From Treponemataceae bacterium (GTDB taxonomy: Bacteria; Spirochaetota; Spirochaetia; Treponematales; Rectinemataceae), in assembly GCA_963667725.2 (NCBI GenBank), contig CAXXHO010000005.1, positions 1,280,001-1,344,000 of the forward strand: a stretch of 64,000 nucleotides of DNA, read 5' to 3'. The notes under the pieces were generated by a model. The model was given only the letters and a program-made list of their open reading frames with translations. It had not been told where the DNA came from and ran no database searches. Both the position numbers and the translations under genes were made by a program. Below are positions 29,091-38,942 of the stretch, piece by piece. The number at the start of each line of letters is the position of its first letter. The stretch's first letter is position 1.

Positions 29091-30713
29091 ATGAAGAAGC
29101 TAGTATTTGTCACTGGCGGGGTCTGCTCTTCATTGGGCAAAGGCATTGCGGCCTCGTCGATCGGCGCTCTCATGGAATCTCGCGGCTTTACCGTCCGTAT
29201 GGTAAAGATAGACCCCTACCTGAACGTGGATGCCGGGACGATGAGTCCCTACCAGCACGGCGAGGTGTACGTCACCGACGACGGCGCCGAAACCGACCTG
29301 GACCTGGGCAACTACGGAAGGTTCACCTCGGCTCCCCTTTCACGTATCAACTCCATCACGACGGGCCAAGTCTACAAGACCGTCATCGAAAAGGAACGCG
29401 CGGGCGATTTTCTTGGCCGCACGGTCCAGGTCATTCCCCACATAACCGACGAGATAAAGCGCCGCATCCTCGCCGTGGCCGAAAGCCCCGACGTCGACAT
29501 GACCATCGTCGAGATAGGCGGAACGGTAGGCGACATGGAATCGGTGCCTTTCCTGGAGGCTGCCCGCCAGCTCATCCACGAATTCGGCAAGCAGAACGCC
29601 ATCTCGGTCCACGTCACCCTCGTTCCCTCCGTCTCGGGAGGGGAGATAAAAACAAAACCCACCCAGCACGCCGTCAAGGAACTGCAGGAAATGGGAATCC
29701 AGCCGGACGTGGTCGTCCTGCGCTCCAAAGAGCCGCTGGACGAGGGCATACGCCGCAAGATCTCGTCGTTCACCAACGTCGAATTCGAGGGCGTGATCTC
29801 CGGTTACGATGTCTCGACGATCTACGAACTGCCCCTGGTCTACTATCAGTCGGGCATCGATGCCTTCATCCTGAAAAAGATGAATGTGGAAAGCAGGCAC
29901 GCCGAACTTTCGGCCTGGAAACAGGTCGTGGAGAAGGTGAAGAATCCAGCTGTCCGCGTGCGCATCGGCGTGGTGGGGAAGTACATGGAGCTTCACGACG
30001 CCTACAAGTCGGTTTGGGAAGCCCTTGGCCACGGCGGCATCGCGAACAACGCCGGCGTCGAGATCGTCAAGATCGATTCGGGAAGCCTTGAGGGGCCCGA
30101 CGCGAAGCTGGACGACATATTCGCCACGATCGACGGCATTCTGGTGCCCGGGGGCTTCGGCGAACGCGGCATCGAAGGCATGATCGTCGCCGCGCGCTAT
30201 GCCCGAGAGCACAAGCTTCCTTATTTCGGCATTTGCCTCGGCATGCAGATCATGGTGATAGAGTATGCCCGCGACGTGCTGGGATGGACCGACGCCCACT
30301 CCACCGAGTTCAGCAAATCGTCGAAATATCCTGTCGTAGCGCTGCTCGAGGAACAGATTGACGTTAAAGCCTACGGCGGCACGATGCGCCTGGGAGCGAG
30401 CGAGTCGCTGACGAAGGCCGATACGGCCATACGCAGGGCTTATGGCGCCGAGCATATCGTCGAGCGGCACCGGCACCGATACGAGGTGGCTAACGCCTTC
30501 AGAAAGGATTTGGAAAAGGCTGGGCTCGTCATAGCCGCGACCACGCCGGACGATAGCCTCGTGGAAGCATGCGAGTGGCCGAACCACCCGTGGGGCCTGG
30601 GCGTCCAGTTTCATCCCGAGTTCAAGTCGAGACCCACGAAAGCCCATCCGATCTTCAGGGCTTTCATCACCGAGTGCGCCGCGATGGCGAAAGTTCGCCA
30701 AACGCGCTCTTAA
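29091..30713 (+). CDS. pyrG: CTP synthase
   Basis: GGVCSSLGKG, DPYLNVD, KTKPTQH, GICLGMQ, ERHRHRYE, QFHPEF. Confidence 0.98.
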   Translation: MKKLVFVTGGVCSSLGKGIAASSIGALMESRGFTVRMVKIDPYLNVDAGTMSPYQHGEVYVTDDGAETDLDLGNYGRFTSAPLSRINSITTGQVYKTVIEKERAGDFLGRTVQVIPHITDEIKRRILAVAESPDVDMTIVEIGGTVGDMESVPFLEAARQLIHEFGKQNAISVHVTLVPSVSGGEIKTKPTQHAVKELQEMGIQPDVVVLRSKEPLDEGIRRKISSFTNVEFEGVISGYDVSTIYELPLVYYQSGIDAFILKKMNVESRHAELSAWKQVVEKVKNPAVRVRIGVVGKYMELHDAYKSVWEALGHGGIANNAGVEIVKIDSGSLEGPDAKLDDIFATIDGILVPGGFGERGIEGMIVAARYAREHKLPYFGICLGMQIMVIEYARDVLGWTDAHSTEFSKSSKYPVVALLEEQIDVKAYGGTMRLGASESLTKADTAIRRAYGAEHIVERHRHRYEVANAFRKDLEKAGLVIAATTPDDSLVEACEWPNHPWGLGVQFHPEFKSRPTKAHPIFRAFITECAAMAKVRQTRS

Positions 30714-30761
30714 GCGCTTTTGGCGCTCGTCAACCACGCAAGTAGCGTGTTGACGCTCGCT

Positions 30762-30794
30762 AAAGCCCGCCGACCAGCGCGCCAGGCGGGCTTT
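30762..30794 (+). terminator. Terminator after pyrG (followed by the lptC promoter TTGACA-17-CATACT, 30798-30826)
   Basis: aaagcccgcc...ggcgggcttt stem. Confidence 0.6.
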
Positions 30795-30835
30795 GTATTG
30801 ACAGGGCGGCGGCCCCAAACCATACTCAACACGCG

Positions 30836-31471
30836 ATGCGAAGCGAAAATCAGCGTGAAAAAACCTCATCGGCCGCCGATGCCCTTTCGGCAAGACACCC
30901 GGCGCCGGCGGGCATAAGCGCCCTGATCCTGGCTTTCGCCATGCTGACGCTGGCCGCCTCCTGCTCGATGTCCGAAGCCGAGGCAGCGCTCTCGATGAAA
31001 GAAGACGAACCCGATGCCACTTTCCTGGGCTTCAGCCGCGAGGAGGTGGAGAACGGGGTTGTGACTTTTTCGGCGAAGGCCGAACGCGCCGAGTATTTTC
31101 AGGATAGAGGCCTTTTTGTCATCTACAACATTGTTTTCGAGGACAGGGGCCCGGAAGGCGGAAGCGCTGAAGCCACCGGCGAGGCCGACAAGGCCGTCTA
31201 CTACGAAGATACGGGCAACGCCGAATTCTCCGGCTTCGTCCAGATATACTCTCCCGAAGAAGATACTTATTTCGAGACAAGCGGACTCAACTACTTTTCG
31301 GCCACGAGGACAGTTGAAGGGCTGCCCGACAATCCGGTCGTCGTGAAGGTCGGAGAGAAGCTCTTCATCCAGGGAATGGGCTTTTTCGCCGATATACAGG
31401 AAAAGGCTTTTTCCTTTCGCGATGGGGCGCAGGGCGTCTTTCGCGTGGATTCCGCCGCCGGTTCACAGTAA
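30836..31471 (+). CDS. lptC: LptC-like lipoprotein
   Basis: N-terminal hydrophobic segment with AASC, beta-jellyroll-like composition, position upstream of lptA-lptB. Confidence 0.65.
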   Translation: MRSENQREKTSSAADALSARHPAPAGISALILAFAMLTLAASCSMSEAEAALSMKEDEPDATFLGFSREEVENGVVTFSAKAERAEYFQDRGLFVIYNIVFEDRGPEGGSAEATGEADKAVYYEDTGNAEFSGFVQIYSPEEDTYFETSGLNYFSATRTVEGLPDNPVVVKVGEKLFIQGMGFFADIQEKAFSFRDGAQGVFRVDSAAGSQ

Positions 31472-31482
31472 GGAGAAGAACG

Positions 31483-32256
31483 ATGAGGCTTCATGACACG
31501 GATATAGGTCGGGAACGCCACAGCGCCGCGATGGGCAAAATTATTGTTCTGGCGGGCCTGTTTCTCATGCTTCTCGCCGGTTTTCCGGCATTCGCGCAAG
31601 AAACGGCGCCAGCGGTAGCTGGCGCGCCGGCGGTAGCCGGCGATACATCGAAAGCAGCCGGCGAGGCAGGGAGCTCCGACACCACCATCACCTTCACCGC
31701 GCGCCGCATGGAAAGCATCATCGCCAAAGGCAAGGAAAAGACGATCCTCATCGGCGGAGCCGTCGTCAACACCGGTACAATGGAAATCAAGGCCGAGAGA
31801 ATAGAACTCTTCGGCGAAGACTATAACGATGTCCTCTGTACGGGAACGGTAGTCGTTTTCGACGAATCCAAGGGCTTCCTCCTCAAGGCGGCCACCCTTA
31901 CCTACGCGCGGGATACAGAAATAGGCCTCGCCCAGACGCAGGTGGTGCTGGAAGACTCCAAGAACGATGTTCTCCTCAAGGCCGAGTGGGTGCGTTTCGA
32001 CCAGAAACAGTCCCTCGTGGACGCGCGCATCGGCGTCCATATCCTGAAGGAAGACTTCGCCGTAAGGGCTGAGTTTGCCCACTATAACCGCGATGACGAG
32101 AGCCTCCAGCTTTCCGGAACCCCGGTGACCGTTTCTTCCGACGGGACCATAGAAGCCGACGCGATGTCGGGCAAGACCGATATGGAAAGCATGCAGCTGG
32201 ATGGACAGGTAAGCGGCACCATCACCACCAAGAAAAAGGAAGCGACCCAGCCTTGA
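31483..32256 (+). CDS. lptA: LptA/OstA-family periplasmic protein
   Basis: Signal peptide, beta-rich OstA-like repeats (IKAERIEL, LQLSGTP), adjacent to lptB. Confidence 0.7.
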   Translation: MRLHDTDIGRERHSAAMGKIIVLAGLFLMLLAGFPAFAQETAPAVAGAPAVAGDTSKAAGEAGSSDTTITFTARRMESIIAKGKEKTILIGGAVVNTGTMEIKAERIELFGEDYNDVLCTGTVVVFDESKGFLLKAATLTYARDTEIGLAQTQVVLEDSKNDVLLKAEWVRFDQKQSLVDARIGVHILKEDFAVRAEFAHYNRDDESLQLSGTPVTVSSDGTIEADAMSGKTDMESMQLDGQVSGTITTKKKEATQP

Positions 32257-32984
32257 ACGATTCCGTCCTCGAAGTGAAGGGACTTCGCAAGCTCTACGGG
32301 CGCAAGGTGGCTGTGGCCGACGTGGGATTTTCCATGCGGACTGGGGAAATCGTAGGTCTGCTGGGCCCCAACGGAGCCGGGAAAACCACCGTCTTCTATA
32401 TGCTCGCCGGCTTTCTCCATCCTAGCTCCGGAAAAATCGAACTCGACGGAGCCTCGCTGAACGACCTGTCCATGTACAGGAGGGCGAGGCTGGGCATTTC
32501 CTATCTGCCCCAGGAAGCATCGATTTTTCGCAAGCTTACGGTGGAAGAAAACATCCTCGCCGTCCTGGAGGCGCGATCGGGACTGGATGGCCCCGCCCGC
32601 CGTATCCGCGCGGCCATGCTCATGGAAGAGTTCGGAATCGAGAAATTAGCCAGGCAGCCTGGCTACACCCTTTCCGGCGGCGAGCGCCGGCGGACGGAGA
32701 TAGCCCGCGCCCTTGCCATCGACCCCAAGTTCCTCCTCCTGGACGAACCCTTTACGGGCATAGATCCCATCGCCATCCACGAAATCAAGATAATCGTGCA
32801 GAAGCTTTCGGCGGCCGGCATCGGCGTGCTCCTGACCGACCACAACGTGCGCGACGCGCTGGACATCACCAATCGGTCCTATATCATCCACCTCGGCCGC
32901 ATCATCGTTTCGGGAGACAAGGAATCCATCCTTCACGACGCCGACGCGCGTAATCTCTATTTAGGCGAAGAATTCCGTATGTAA
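32253..32984 (+). CDS. lptB: LPS export ABC transporter ATPase
   Basis: GPNGAGKTT, YLPQEASIFR, LSGGERRR, DEPF, TDHNVR. Confidence 0.93.
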   Translation: MNDSVLEVKGLRKLYGRKVAVADVGFSMRTGEIVGLLGPNGAGKTTVFYMLAGFLHPSSGKIELDGASLNDLSMYRRARLGISYLPQEASIFRKLTVEENILAVLEARSGLDGPARRIRAAMLMEEFGIEKLARQPGYTLSGGERRRTEIARALAIDPKFLLLDEPFTGIDPIAIHEIKIIVQKLSAAGIGVLLTDHNVRDALDITNRSYIIHLGRIIVSGDKESILHDADARNLYLGEEFRM

Positions 32985-33034
32985 GCTCGTAAATCACTGT
33001 GGAAAATCAAGCCAGGCTGGCTTATTATTGGCGC

Positions 33035-35518
33035 ATGAAAACGATGCCAAAAAGTTTTCCCGTTCTCGCGGTCGTCGGGCTTCTCATTCTCGCCATGCCT
33101 CTTGTCGCTTCGCCTTCTCTTTCCTGGCGGGAAGAGTTCACGGACAACGGCGACAAGTGGACCGTCGGAGAAACCGAGGACTACAAATTCGAGATCGCGA
33201 ACGGGGCGTACTCCCTGACAGGCAAGACGGGGGGACGATGGTTAGTCCATGGCTTTCCCATTCGCAGGGATGCGGATTACCTCCTCGAAACGAAGATAAA
33301 ATCGGATTCGTCCACCGCCACGAACTATGCGGGGCTGATCTGGGACTTCAAGGATAAGGACCACTACTACGAATTTCTCGCAAACCAGAACGGCAAGTAC
33401 GCCGTCATCAAAACGGAGAACGGCGAGGCGAATTTTCTTGTACCCTGGACAGCCAGCTCGGTGATCAATAGCCGAGGCATCTACAACCTCCTCAAGGTAG
33501 CTCGGGTGGGACGCCAGCTCGTCTTTTCCATCAATAAAATTGAAATTAAAAGCCTGCCCTACGAAAGCTTCGCCGGGGGAAGCATTGGCCTCTCATTCTC
33601 GGGGACTCAGACAGTAACCGTGGATTCTGTCGTGCTGCAGGAAGAGAGAACTCCGACGGGTGAGGAAACGAAGCTCCCTTCGCTCAGGGATACGGTGTTC
33701 GAATCCACCTTTAACGAAAAGAATCAGAGTTGGCTTATCTCGTTGAGGAATTTAACCGGTCAGTTTACCGACCTGGGGGGATCAGCCGGCTCGGGGTATC
33801 TCCTTAAGCACAGCTCCAGGAACGTGATAGATATTCTTGCCCAGGATTTCATCATGGACTTGTCCAGGGATTTTTTCGTGGAGACCGAAATCGAGTGGAT
33901 CTCGGGGGACGAGGGCTATGCTTACGGTCTTGCCTGCGATGTAAACGGACGCGACTACCTCTGGTTCGGTCTCACCGCCAATGGATTCTATTCGATTTCC
34001 CGAACCGTCGGGGGACAAAAGAAGGAACTTGTCCCCTGGACTATGAGCGACAATATTTTTTGCTACGAAGCCAAGAATAAGCTCTCTGTCCATCGAAGAG
34101 GTTCTACGCTGATATTCTCTATAAATAAGCGCAAGATCCACGAAATGCCCTATGAACCCTGGTCTTCGGGGCGGATAGGCTTCGGGTCGGGCGGAAGCAT
34201 GTCCCTTCGGCCTCGATTCCTCGGGCTCTACCAGACCTCGATCATGGCGGGAGCCATCCATGGCAGCTGTTCCTATGGATGGGGCGCTTATCGCTATGCC
34301 GACGGGGTGGTCTATGTCGGCTACTGGGAGAGGAGCAAACCCAACGGCTTCGGAACCCGCTATTCTCCCACGGGCGGGGCTGTGGAAGGGGTCTGGAAAG
34401 AAGGAATTCTGACCGAGGAATCCAATATGTCCGGCGCCGCTTTGCGCCGGGCCTACTTCCCCGTCATGACAGCGGCGGGCGACATGGGCCTCGTGAACAG
34501 CTGGGGCGAGGAAGAGGGCTTCGGACTCAAGGGAATCGTCTATCTCGACACCATCCTCCAGTCGCCCATACCTCTGGCCTCGGAAGGCGGGATCGGATTC
34601 AGGGACCTGAGAGGAGAGATGGTTTCCTCCCCTGAATGGGATATAGCCTCTCCTTTTTTCCACGAGTACGCCCTTGTCGAAGGAGCGAAGGGCAAGACTG
34701 GCATCGTGGATTCGCAAGGCAAATTCAGCGTAGCCCTCGGGGCTTACGAAATCCCGCCGGGGCAGGATTTGGGGCGAGGCGTCGTTCGGGTGAAGGAAAC
34801 CAGGGACGGCCAAACCCTCTACGGCTTAATCAGCGTTGATGGAAAGGTCCTTATGCCTCCAAGCCTCCTGGACCTGGGAAGTTTTTCCGAAGGTTACGCC
34901 CCGGCTAAATCCCGTAACGGGCGCTACGGTTTCATTGATCTTTTGGGAGCATGGCGTGTTCGCCCTGAATACGATGGGGTAGGGGATTTTTCAGACGGCT
35001 TGGCCTATGCCTACATCGATGACTTAATTCCCTGGGAAAGTTTTATCTGTCCTTCGGGCAGAACGGCTTTTGATGTGAATAACGATATTCACGAAGTGTT
35101 CTACCCCTACATTTTCAGCGATGGCCTCATGGCTTGCCTGGAAGACGGCGTGAATCTGGTCTATCTCGCCTGGGACGGAGAGGTCTATGTCCAGGCCGGC
35201 CCCTGGGACGACGCCCGTTCCTTCTCGGAAGGCCTGGCGGCGGTGAAGGATGAAACAGGCTGGAAGTATATCGACGACAGCGGCGAAGTCGTCATCGGCG
35301 GACCATATCGTCAGGCTCTTCCCTTCTCCCAAGGCTTGGCGGCGGTCCGGGTAGGGGATCGCTGGGGCTATATCGATCGAACAGGGCAGTCCGTCATCCC
35401 AGTTCTCTACCTGGACGTCAATTCCTTCAAGCCACAGGGATTCGCCCAGGTGAAACTGGCATCGGGAGCCTGGACCTGGATCGACCGTGAAGGGGGAGTC
35501 CTTTGGCCAGGACGATGA
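33035..35518 (+). CDS. Secreted multidomain WG-repeat protein
   Basis: Signal peptide, two related beta-sandwich-like domains, MORN-like repeats (YVGYW..GFGTRY), FSEGLA/WGYID repeats. Confidence 0.8.
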   Translation: MKTMPKSFPVLAVVGLLILAMPLVASPSLSWREEFTDNGDKWTVGETEDYKFEIANGAYSLTGKTGGRWLVHGFPIRRDADYLLETKIKSDSSTATNYAGLIWDFKDKDHYYEFLANQNGKYAVIKTENGEANFLVPWTASSVINSRGIYNLLKVARVGRQLVFSINKIEIKSLPYESFAGGSIGLSFSGTQTVTVDSVVLQEERTPTGEETKLPSLRDTVFESTFNEKNQSWLISLRNLTGQFTDLGGSAGSGYLLKHSSRNVIDILAQDFIMDLSRDFFVETEIEWISGDEGYAYGLACDVNGRDYLWFGLTANGFYSISRTVGGQKKELVPWTMSDNIFCYEAKNKLSVHRRGSTLIFSINKRKIHEMPYEPWSSGRIGFGSGGSMSLRPRFLGLYQTSIMAGAIHGSCSYGWGAYRYADGVVYVGYWERSKPNGFGTRYSPTGGAVEGVWKEGILTEESNMSGAALRRAYFPVMTAAGDMGLVNSWGEEEGFGLKGIVYLDTILQSPIPLASEGGIGFRDLRGEMVSSPEWDIASPFFHEYALVEGAKGKTGIVDSQGKFSVALGAYEIPPGQDLGRGVVRVKETRDGQTLYGLISVDGKVLMPPSLLDLGSFSEGYAPAKSRNGRYGFIDLLGAWRVRPEYDGVGDFSDGLAYAYIDDLIPWESFICPSGRTAFDVNNDIHEVFYPYIFSDGLMACLEDGVNLVYLAWDGEVYVQAGPWDDARSFSEGLAAVKDETGWKYIDDSGEVVIGGPYRQALPFSQGLAAVRVGDRWGYIDRTGQSVIPVLYLDVNSFKPQGFAQVKLASGAWTWIDREGGVLWPGR

Positions 35519-35591
35519 GGAAGCGAATTTTCTTTGGATAGGTCAAAAGAGCGGAATAATTTACGTGGTTTTGACGCTTTTCAAATAAACA

Positions 35592-35641
35592 TTGACTCCA
35601 AATGTTTCGCATGTTACATTTAAGTTTGCCCGTACGGGCAA
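35592..35641 (+). promoter_or_regulatory. tatD promoter with a 16-bp palindrome at the predicted start site
   Basis: TTGACT-17-TACATT; TTGCCCGTACGGGCAA at 35626-35641. Confidence 0.5.
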
Positions 35642-35668
35642 GCCCACCATTTTTTTAACGGAAGACAG

Positions 35669-36448
35669 ATGCGGTATTTTGACACTCATGCCCACATCGG
35701 GCTGATTTATGATGACCCGATTGAACAACTTTTAGTTTGCCAGCAGGCGAAACAGTCCGGCGTAGGCAGAATCATAAGCATCTGCAACAGTCTCGTTGAC
35801 TTCAAACAGGTTTATGAAAACCTCAAGCCCGCCGAGCACGTCTACCACGCGGTGGGCGTTTCCCCTTCCGAGGTGCAGAGCCCCGGCAAAGACTGGCAGT
35901 CCACCATCGAGGACGCGGTCAAGCTGCCTCGCGTCATAGCGATAGGGGAAATCGGTCTCGATTATTTCCACAAATACGGCGACAGGCGCACCCAGATAGA
36001 ACTTTTCATCGATCAGCTCGAAATGGCGGCCCGTCTCGATCTCCCCGTGATTATCCACAACCGCGAGGCGGGGAAAGACGTGCTCGAGGTGCTCCGCGAC
36101 AGAATGCCGCCGGCTGGCGCCGTCCTCCACTGCTATTCCGAGGATGCCGAGTATGCCGATCGCGTGCTCTCCGCGGGACTCAATGTCTACTTCTCGTTCG
36201 CGGGAAACCTGACCTACAGGAACGCGAGGAATCTGCACGAGACAGCCTCCATGCTGCCTTTCGACAGAATTCTCGTCGAGAGCGAGGCGCCCTTCATGGT
36301 CCCCGCCGAATATCGCGGTAAACGCAACAAGCCAGAGTTCCTGCCTTCGACGGTATGGTTCCTCTCCGAGATCCTCCAGATGGCGCCGGAAGAGGCCGCC
36401 GAAACCACCTACCAGAACGCCTGCAGATTCTTCAGGCTTGAACCCTGA
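35669..36448 (+). CDS. tatD: TatD-family DNase
   Basis: DTHAH, IGEIGLDY, IHNREA, LHCYS. Confidence 0.92.
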   Translation: MRYFDTHAHIGLIYDDPIEQLLVCQQAKQSGVGRIISICNSLVDFKQVYENLKPAEHVYHAVGVSPSEVQSPGKDWQSTIEDAVKLPRVIAIGEIGLDYFHKYGDRRTQIELFIDQLEMAARLDLPVIIHNREAGKDVLEVLRDRMPPAGAVLHCYSEDAEYADRVLSAGLNVYFSFAGNLTYRNARNLHETASMLPFDRILVESEAPFMVPAEYRGKRNKPEFLPSTVWFLSEILQMAPEEAAETTYQNACRFFRLEP

Positions 36449-36473
36449 TGATAGGGCGGGGTAGACTGGCGCC

Positions 36474-37493
36474 ATGCCGATCTCCCCGCCCCTTGAACCT
36501 ATGAACGCCTCAGCACGAACACCCGCTCTCGCGGGTGTTCTTTTAAGGAATCCCTTCTTCCTCGCGCCCGTGGCCGGCTATTCCGACGCCGCTTTCCGCT
36601 CGGTCTGCTATGAGCTGGGCGCCGCGCTCTGCTATACCGAGATGGTCAGCTCCGAAGCCCTGACGAGGGACCACCCCAAGACTAAGCTTTTATTAGAACG
36701 GGCTGAAGCCGAAGACCGGTACGCGGTACAGCTTTTCGGGACCAAGCCTGAGGTGCTCGCGCGCGCGGCGGCTATGCTCGCGCCATATAAACCCCTCGTC
36801 ATCGACCTCAACTGCGGCTGCCCCGTGCCCAAGATCGTGCGCACGGGAGCGGGCTCCTCGCTGCTCAAGGATCCCAGGCTCATCGGGAACATCGTCCGCG
36901 CCATGCGCGACGCCACCGACATCCCCATTACGGTCAAGATACGAAAAGGCTGGGACGATTCATCGGTCAACTTTCTGGAAACCGCCGGCGCCGCCGTCGA
37001 GGCGGGGGCGGCAGCCGTCACCTTGCACGCGAGGACGCGGGCTCAGGGCTATTCCGGAAAGGCGGACTGGGCTTCCATAGCTTCTCTCGTCGCCGCCCTC
37101 GCGCCTGCCGGCGTTCCCGTTTTCGGCTCAGGCGACGTGTTCGGCGCGGCAGCCGCCTTCCGCATGCTCGCGGAAACTGGCTGTTCAGGGGTGATGGTTG
37201 CACGGGGCGCCATGGGCAATCCCTTCGTGTTCGCCGAAGCCGCCGCCCTTTGGGAAGGCAGGGAGAGTCCCTCCTTTACCGATGCCGAGGTGGCCGCGAT
37301 CGCCATGAAGCACCTGGAGCGCTCGGTCCGGTTTCTGGGCGAAAAAACCGCCTGCGTCGAATTCAGGAAGCATTTCTGCGCCTACTCCAAGGGGAGGCCC
37401 AGGGGGGCGGCCCTGCGCGAAAGGGCCGTCCACTGCTCGACGATGGCCGAATTCGGGGAGGTGCTGCGCGAATTCGGGATGAAGGCCGGCTGA
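36474..37493 (+). CDS. dusB: tRNA-dihydrouridine synthase
   Basis: LAPVAG, TEMVS, DLNCGCPVPK, HARTR, GSGDV. Confidence 0.9.
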   Translation: MPISPPLEPMNASARTPALAGVLLRNPFFLAPVAGYSDAAFRSVCYELGAALCYTEMVSSEALTRDHPKTKLLLERAEAEDRYAVQLFGTKPEVLARAAAMLAPYKPLVIDLNCGCPVPKIVRTGAGSSLLKDPRLIGNIVRAMRDATDIPITVKIRKGWDDSSVNFLETAGAAVEAGAAAVTLHARTRAQGYSGKADWASIASLVAALAPAGVPVFGSGDVFGAAAAFRMLAETGCSGVMVARGAMGNPFVFAEAAALWEGRESPSFTDAEVAAIAMKHLERSVRFLGEKTACVEFRKHFCAYSKGRPRGAALRERAVHCSTMAEFGEVLREFGMKAG

Positions 37494-37500
37494 GACTCGA

Positions 37501-38874
37501 CTAGCGCGATTCGTCCGATCGCAGATCGGGATTTTTGTCGAGGTAGGCTTCCAGGCTGGAGGCGAACTCGGCGTCGACGGAGGATTCCCGCTCTTTGCCG
37601 GCCGTCTGGTCCAGCCAAGGCAGGATGAATTCGGTTTTCAGCTTGTCCCAGAAGGCCGGAAGCGGCTCGGGCGGGAGGATCATGTTTTCGGGGGGTGTGC
37701 GGCCCAGGAGATCGGTGTAATAGGACGGGAAAAACTTCTCCGTGACGGATTGGAGAGATGAAAAGCCGCCGGCTATGCCGAAGGCGCTCTCCGACAGCCG
37801 CAGCGCCCGCGATTTTTCGAGGATATCCTTCTGATGTTCGGCGTTTAAAAACCAGCGCAGGAATTGCTCGGCCGATTCCTTGTTGGGCGCGCGCCGGGGA
37901 ATGCCGGCGTATTTGATGTCTTCAGAAACGGCGAGCCTTTCCTTTTCCGAAAAATACCTGTAATCGTATCTGGCTCGGACGGCGGGCGCCAGGGTGAAAT
38001 AATCGGCGGAATTCATCGCGGTAAAGAGGATCTTCCCCGATTCGACATTTTTATAGCCGGGAGCGAAGAGGTATTTGAAGGCGAAGGCGTCTTCTTCGGC
38101 GACCGAACCGTTCACCGCGCGGATATAATCGCGAAGCAGGATGACGCCGTTCTGGATGCCGTCGGGATCCCAGGAGATGGGGAAAGATTCCCCGCCTGAA
38201 CTTTTGCGCTCTCGCTTAGGCTTGTTTTCGCCGAAAGCGGCCCCGTTCAGCTGTATCCATTGGAACATGAAATCCTTGTCCGGCCAGCGCGGCGAAAAAC
38301 CCATGCGCTTGGCGGCATCAGTGGATGTGCCGTTGAAAATGGCGGCGTATCGCTGGATTTCGTCTATGGTGATGATGGATCCATCGGCCTGTGGTACAGC
38401 CAGATCGTCCAGGCTGCTTTGCCGTCTCGATTCTCGCCCGCTTAGGATGAGAAGAAGGTTGAAGCTTACCGGAACGAGGATCTGGCGGTTGTTTTCGACG
38501 CCGCCCTCGAGGAGGGTCGGGTAGAATGAACTTTTCGAGAGGACGAGCTCGCCGAAAAGATACTCCAGGGAAAGGAAATAATTGTCGAGGGTCCTGGTCC
38601 GCAGACTCCTGCCGATGACGATGGACGGTTCGGCGCGGTTTTCGGCGGAGGCGAGACGGAGGGCTTCGGTCAGCTCATCCACGTAATGCACTTCAATGAG
38701 GTGGCGGTTTTGGGACGCGTTGAACATTTCCGCGGCGATGAGCATCTCCGGCGTATCGGTCCACAGGACGGCCGGCTTTTTCTCGAAGAGGGAGCAGGAT
38801 GCGGCGAGCAGGCTTGTCATCGCGATAGCGAATCTGAGAAGATGTAATCGCGAGTGTTTCCGTTTCGGCGCCAT
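37501..38874 (-). CDS. Lipoprotein, extracellular solute-binding-like
   Basis: Basic N-terminus plus LAASC lipobox; AEQFLRWF near the C-terminus resembles binding proteins. Confidence 0.7.
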   Translation of the reverse strand: MAPKRKHSRLHLLRFAIAMTSLLAASCSLFEKKPAVLWTDTPEMLIAAEMFNASQNRHLIEVHYVDELTEALRLASAENRAEPSIVIGRSLRTRTLDNYFLSLEYLFGELVLSKSSFYPTLLEGGVENNRQILVPVSFNLLLILSGRESRRQSSLDDLAVPQADGSIITIDEIQRYAAIFNGTSTDAAKRMGFSPRWPDKDFMFQWIQLNGAAFGENKPKRERKSSGGESFPISWDPDGIQNGVILLRDYIRAVNGSVAEEDAFAFKYLFAPGYKNVESGKILFTAMNSADYFTLAPAVRARYDYRYFSEKERLAVSEDIKYAGIPRRAPNKESAEQFLRWFLNAEHQKDILEKSRALRLSESAFGIAGGFSSLQSVTEKFFPSYYTDLLGRTPPENMILPPEPLPAFWDKLKTEFILPWLDQTAGKERESSVDAEFASSLEAYLDKNPDLRSDESR

Positions 38875-38942
38875 GGTTCGACGATATAATGTCAGGCGGG
38901 GTAATGGCAAGCGATTCGCGGAGTTTACCATTCGGAGCGTCC

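Noticed and set aside
29340..30893. Long antisense ORFs (also 15118-16374, 19012-20328, 42941-44176, 57612-58646)
   Set aside because: Expected from GC-rich codon bias opposite well-conserved genes; no motifs or start signals.
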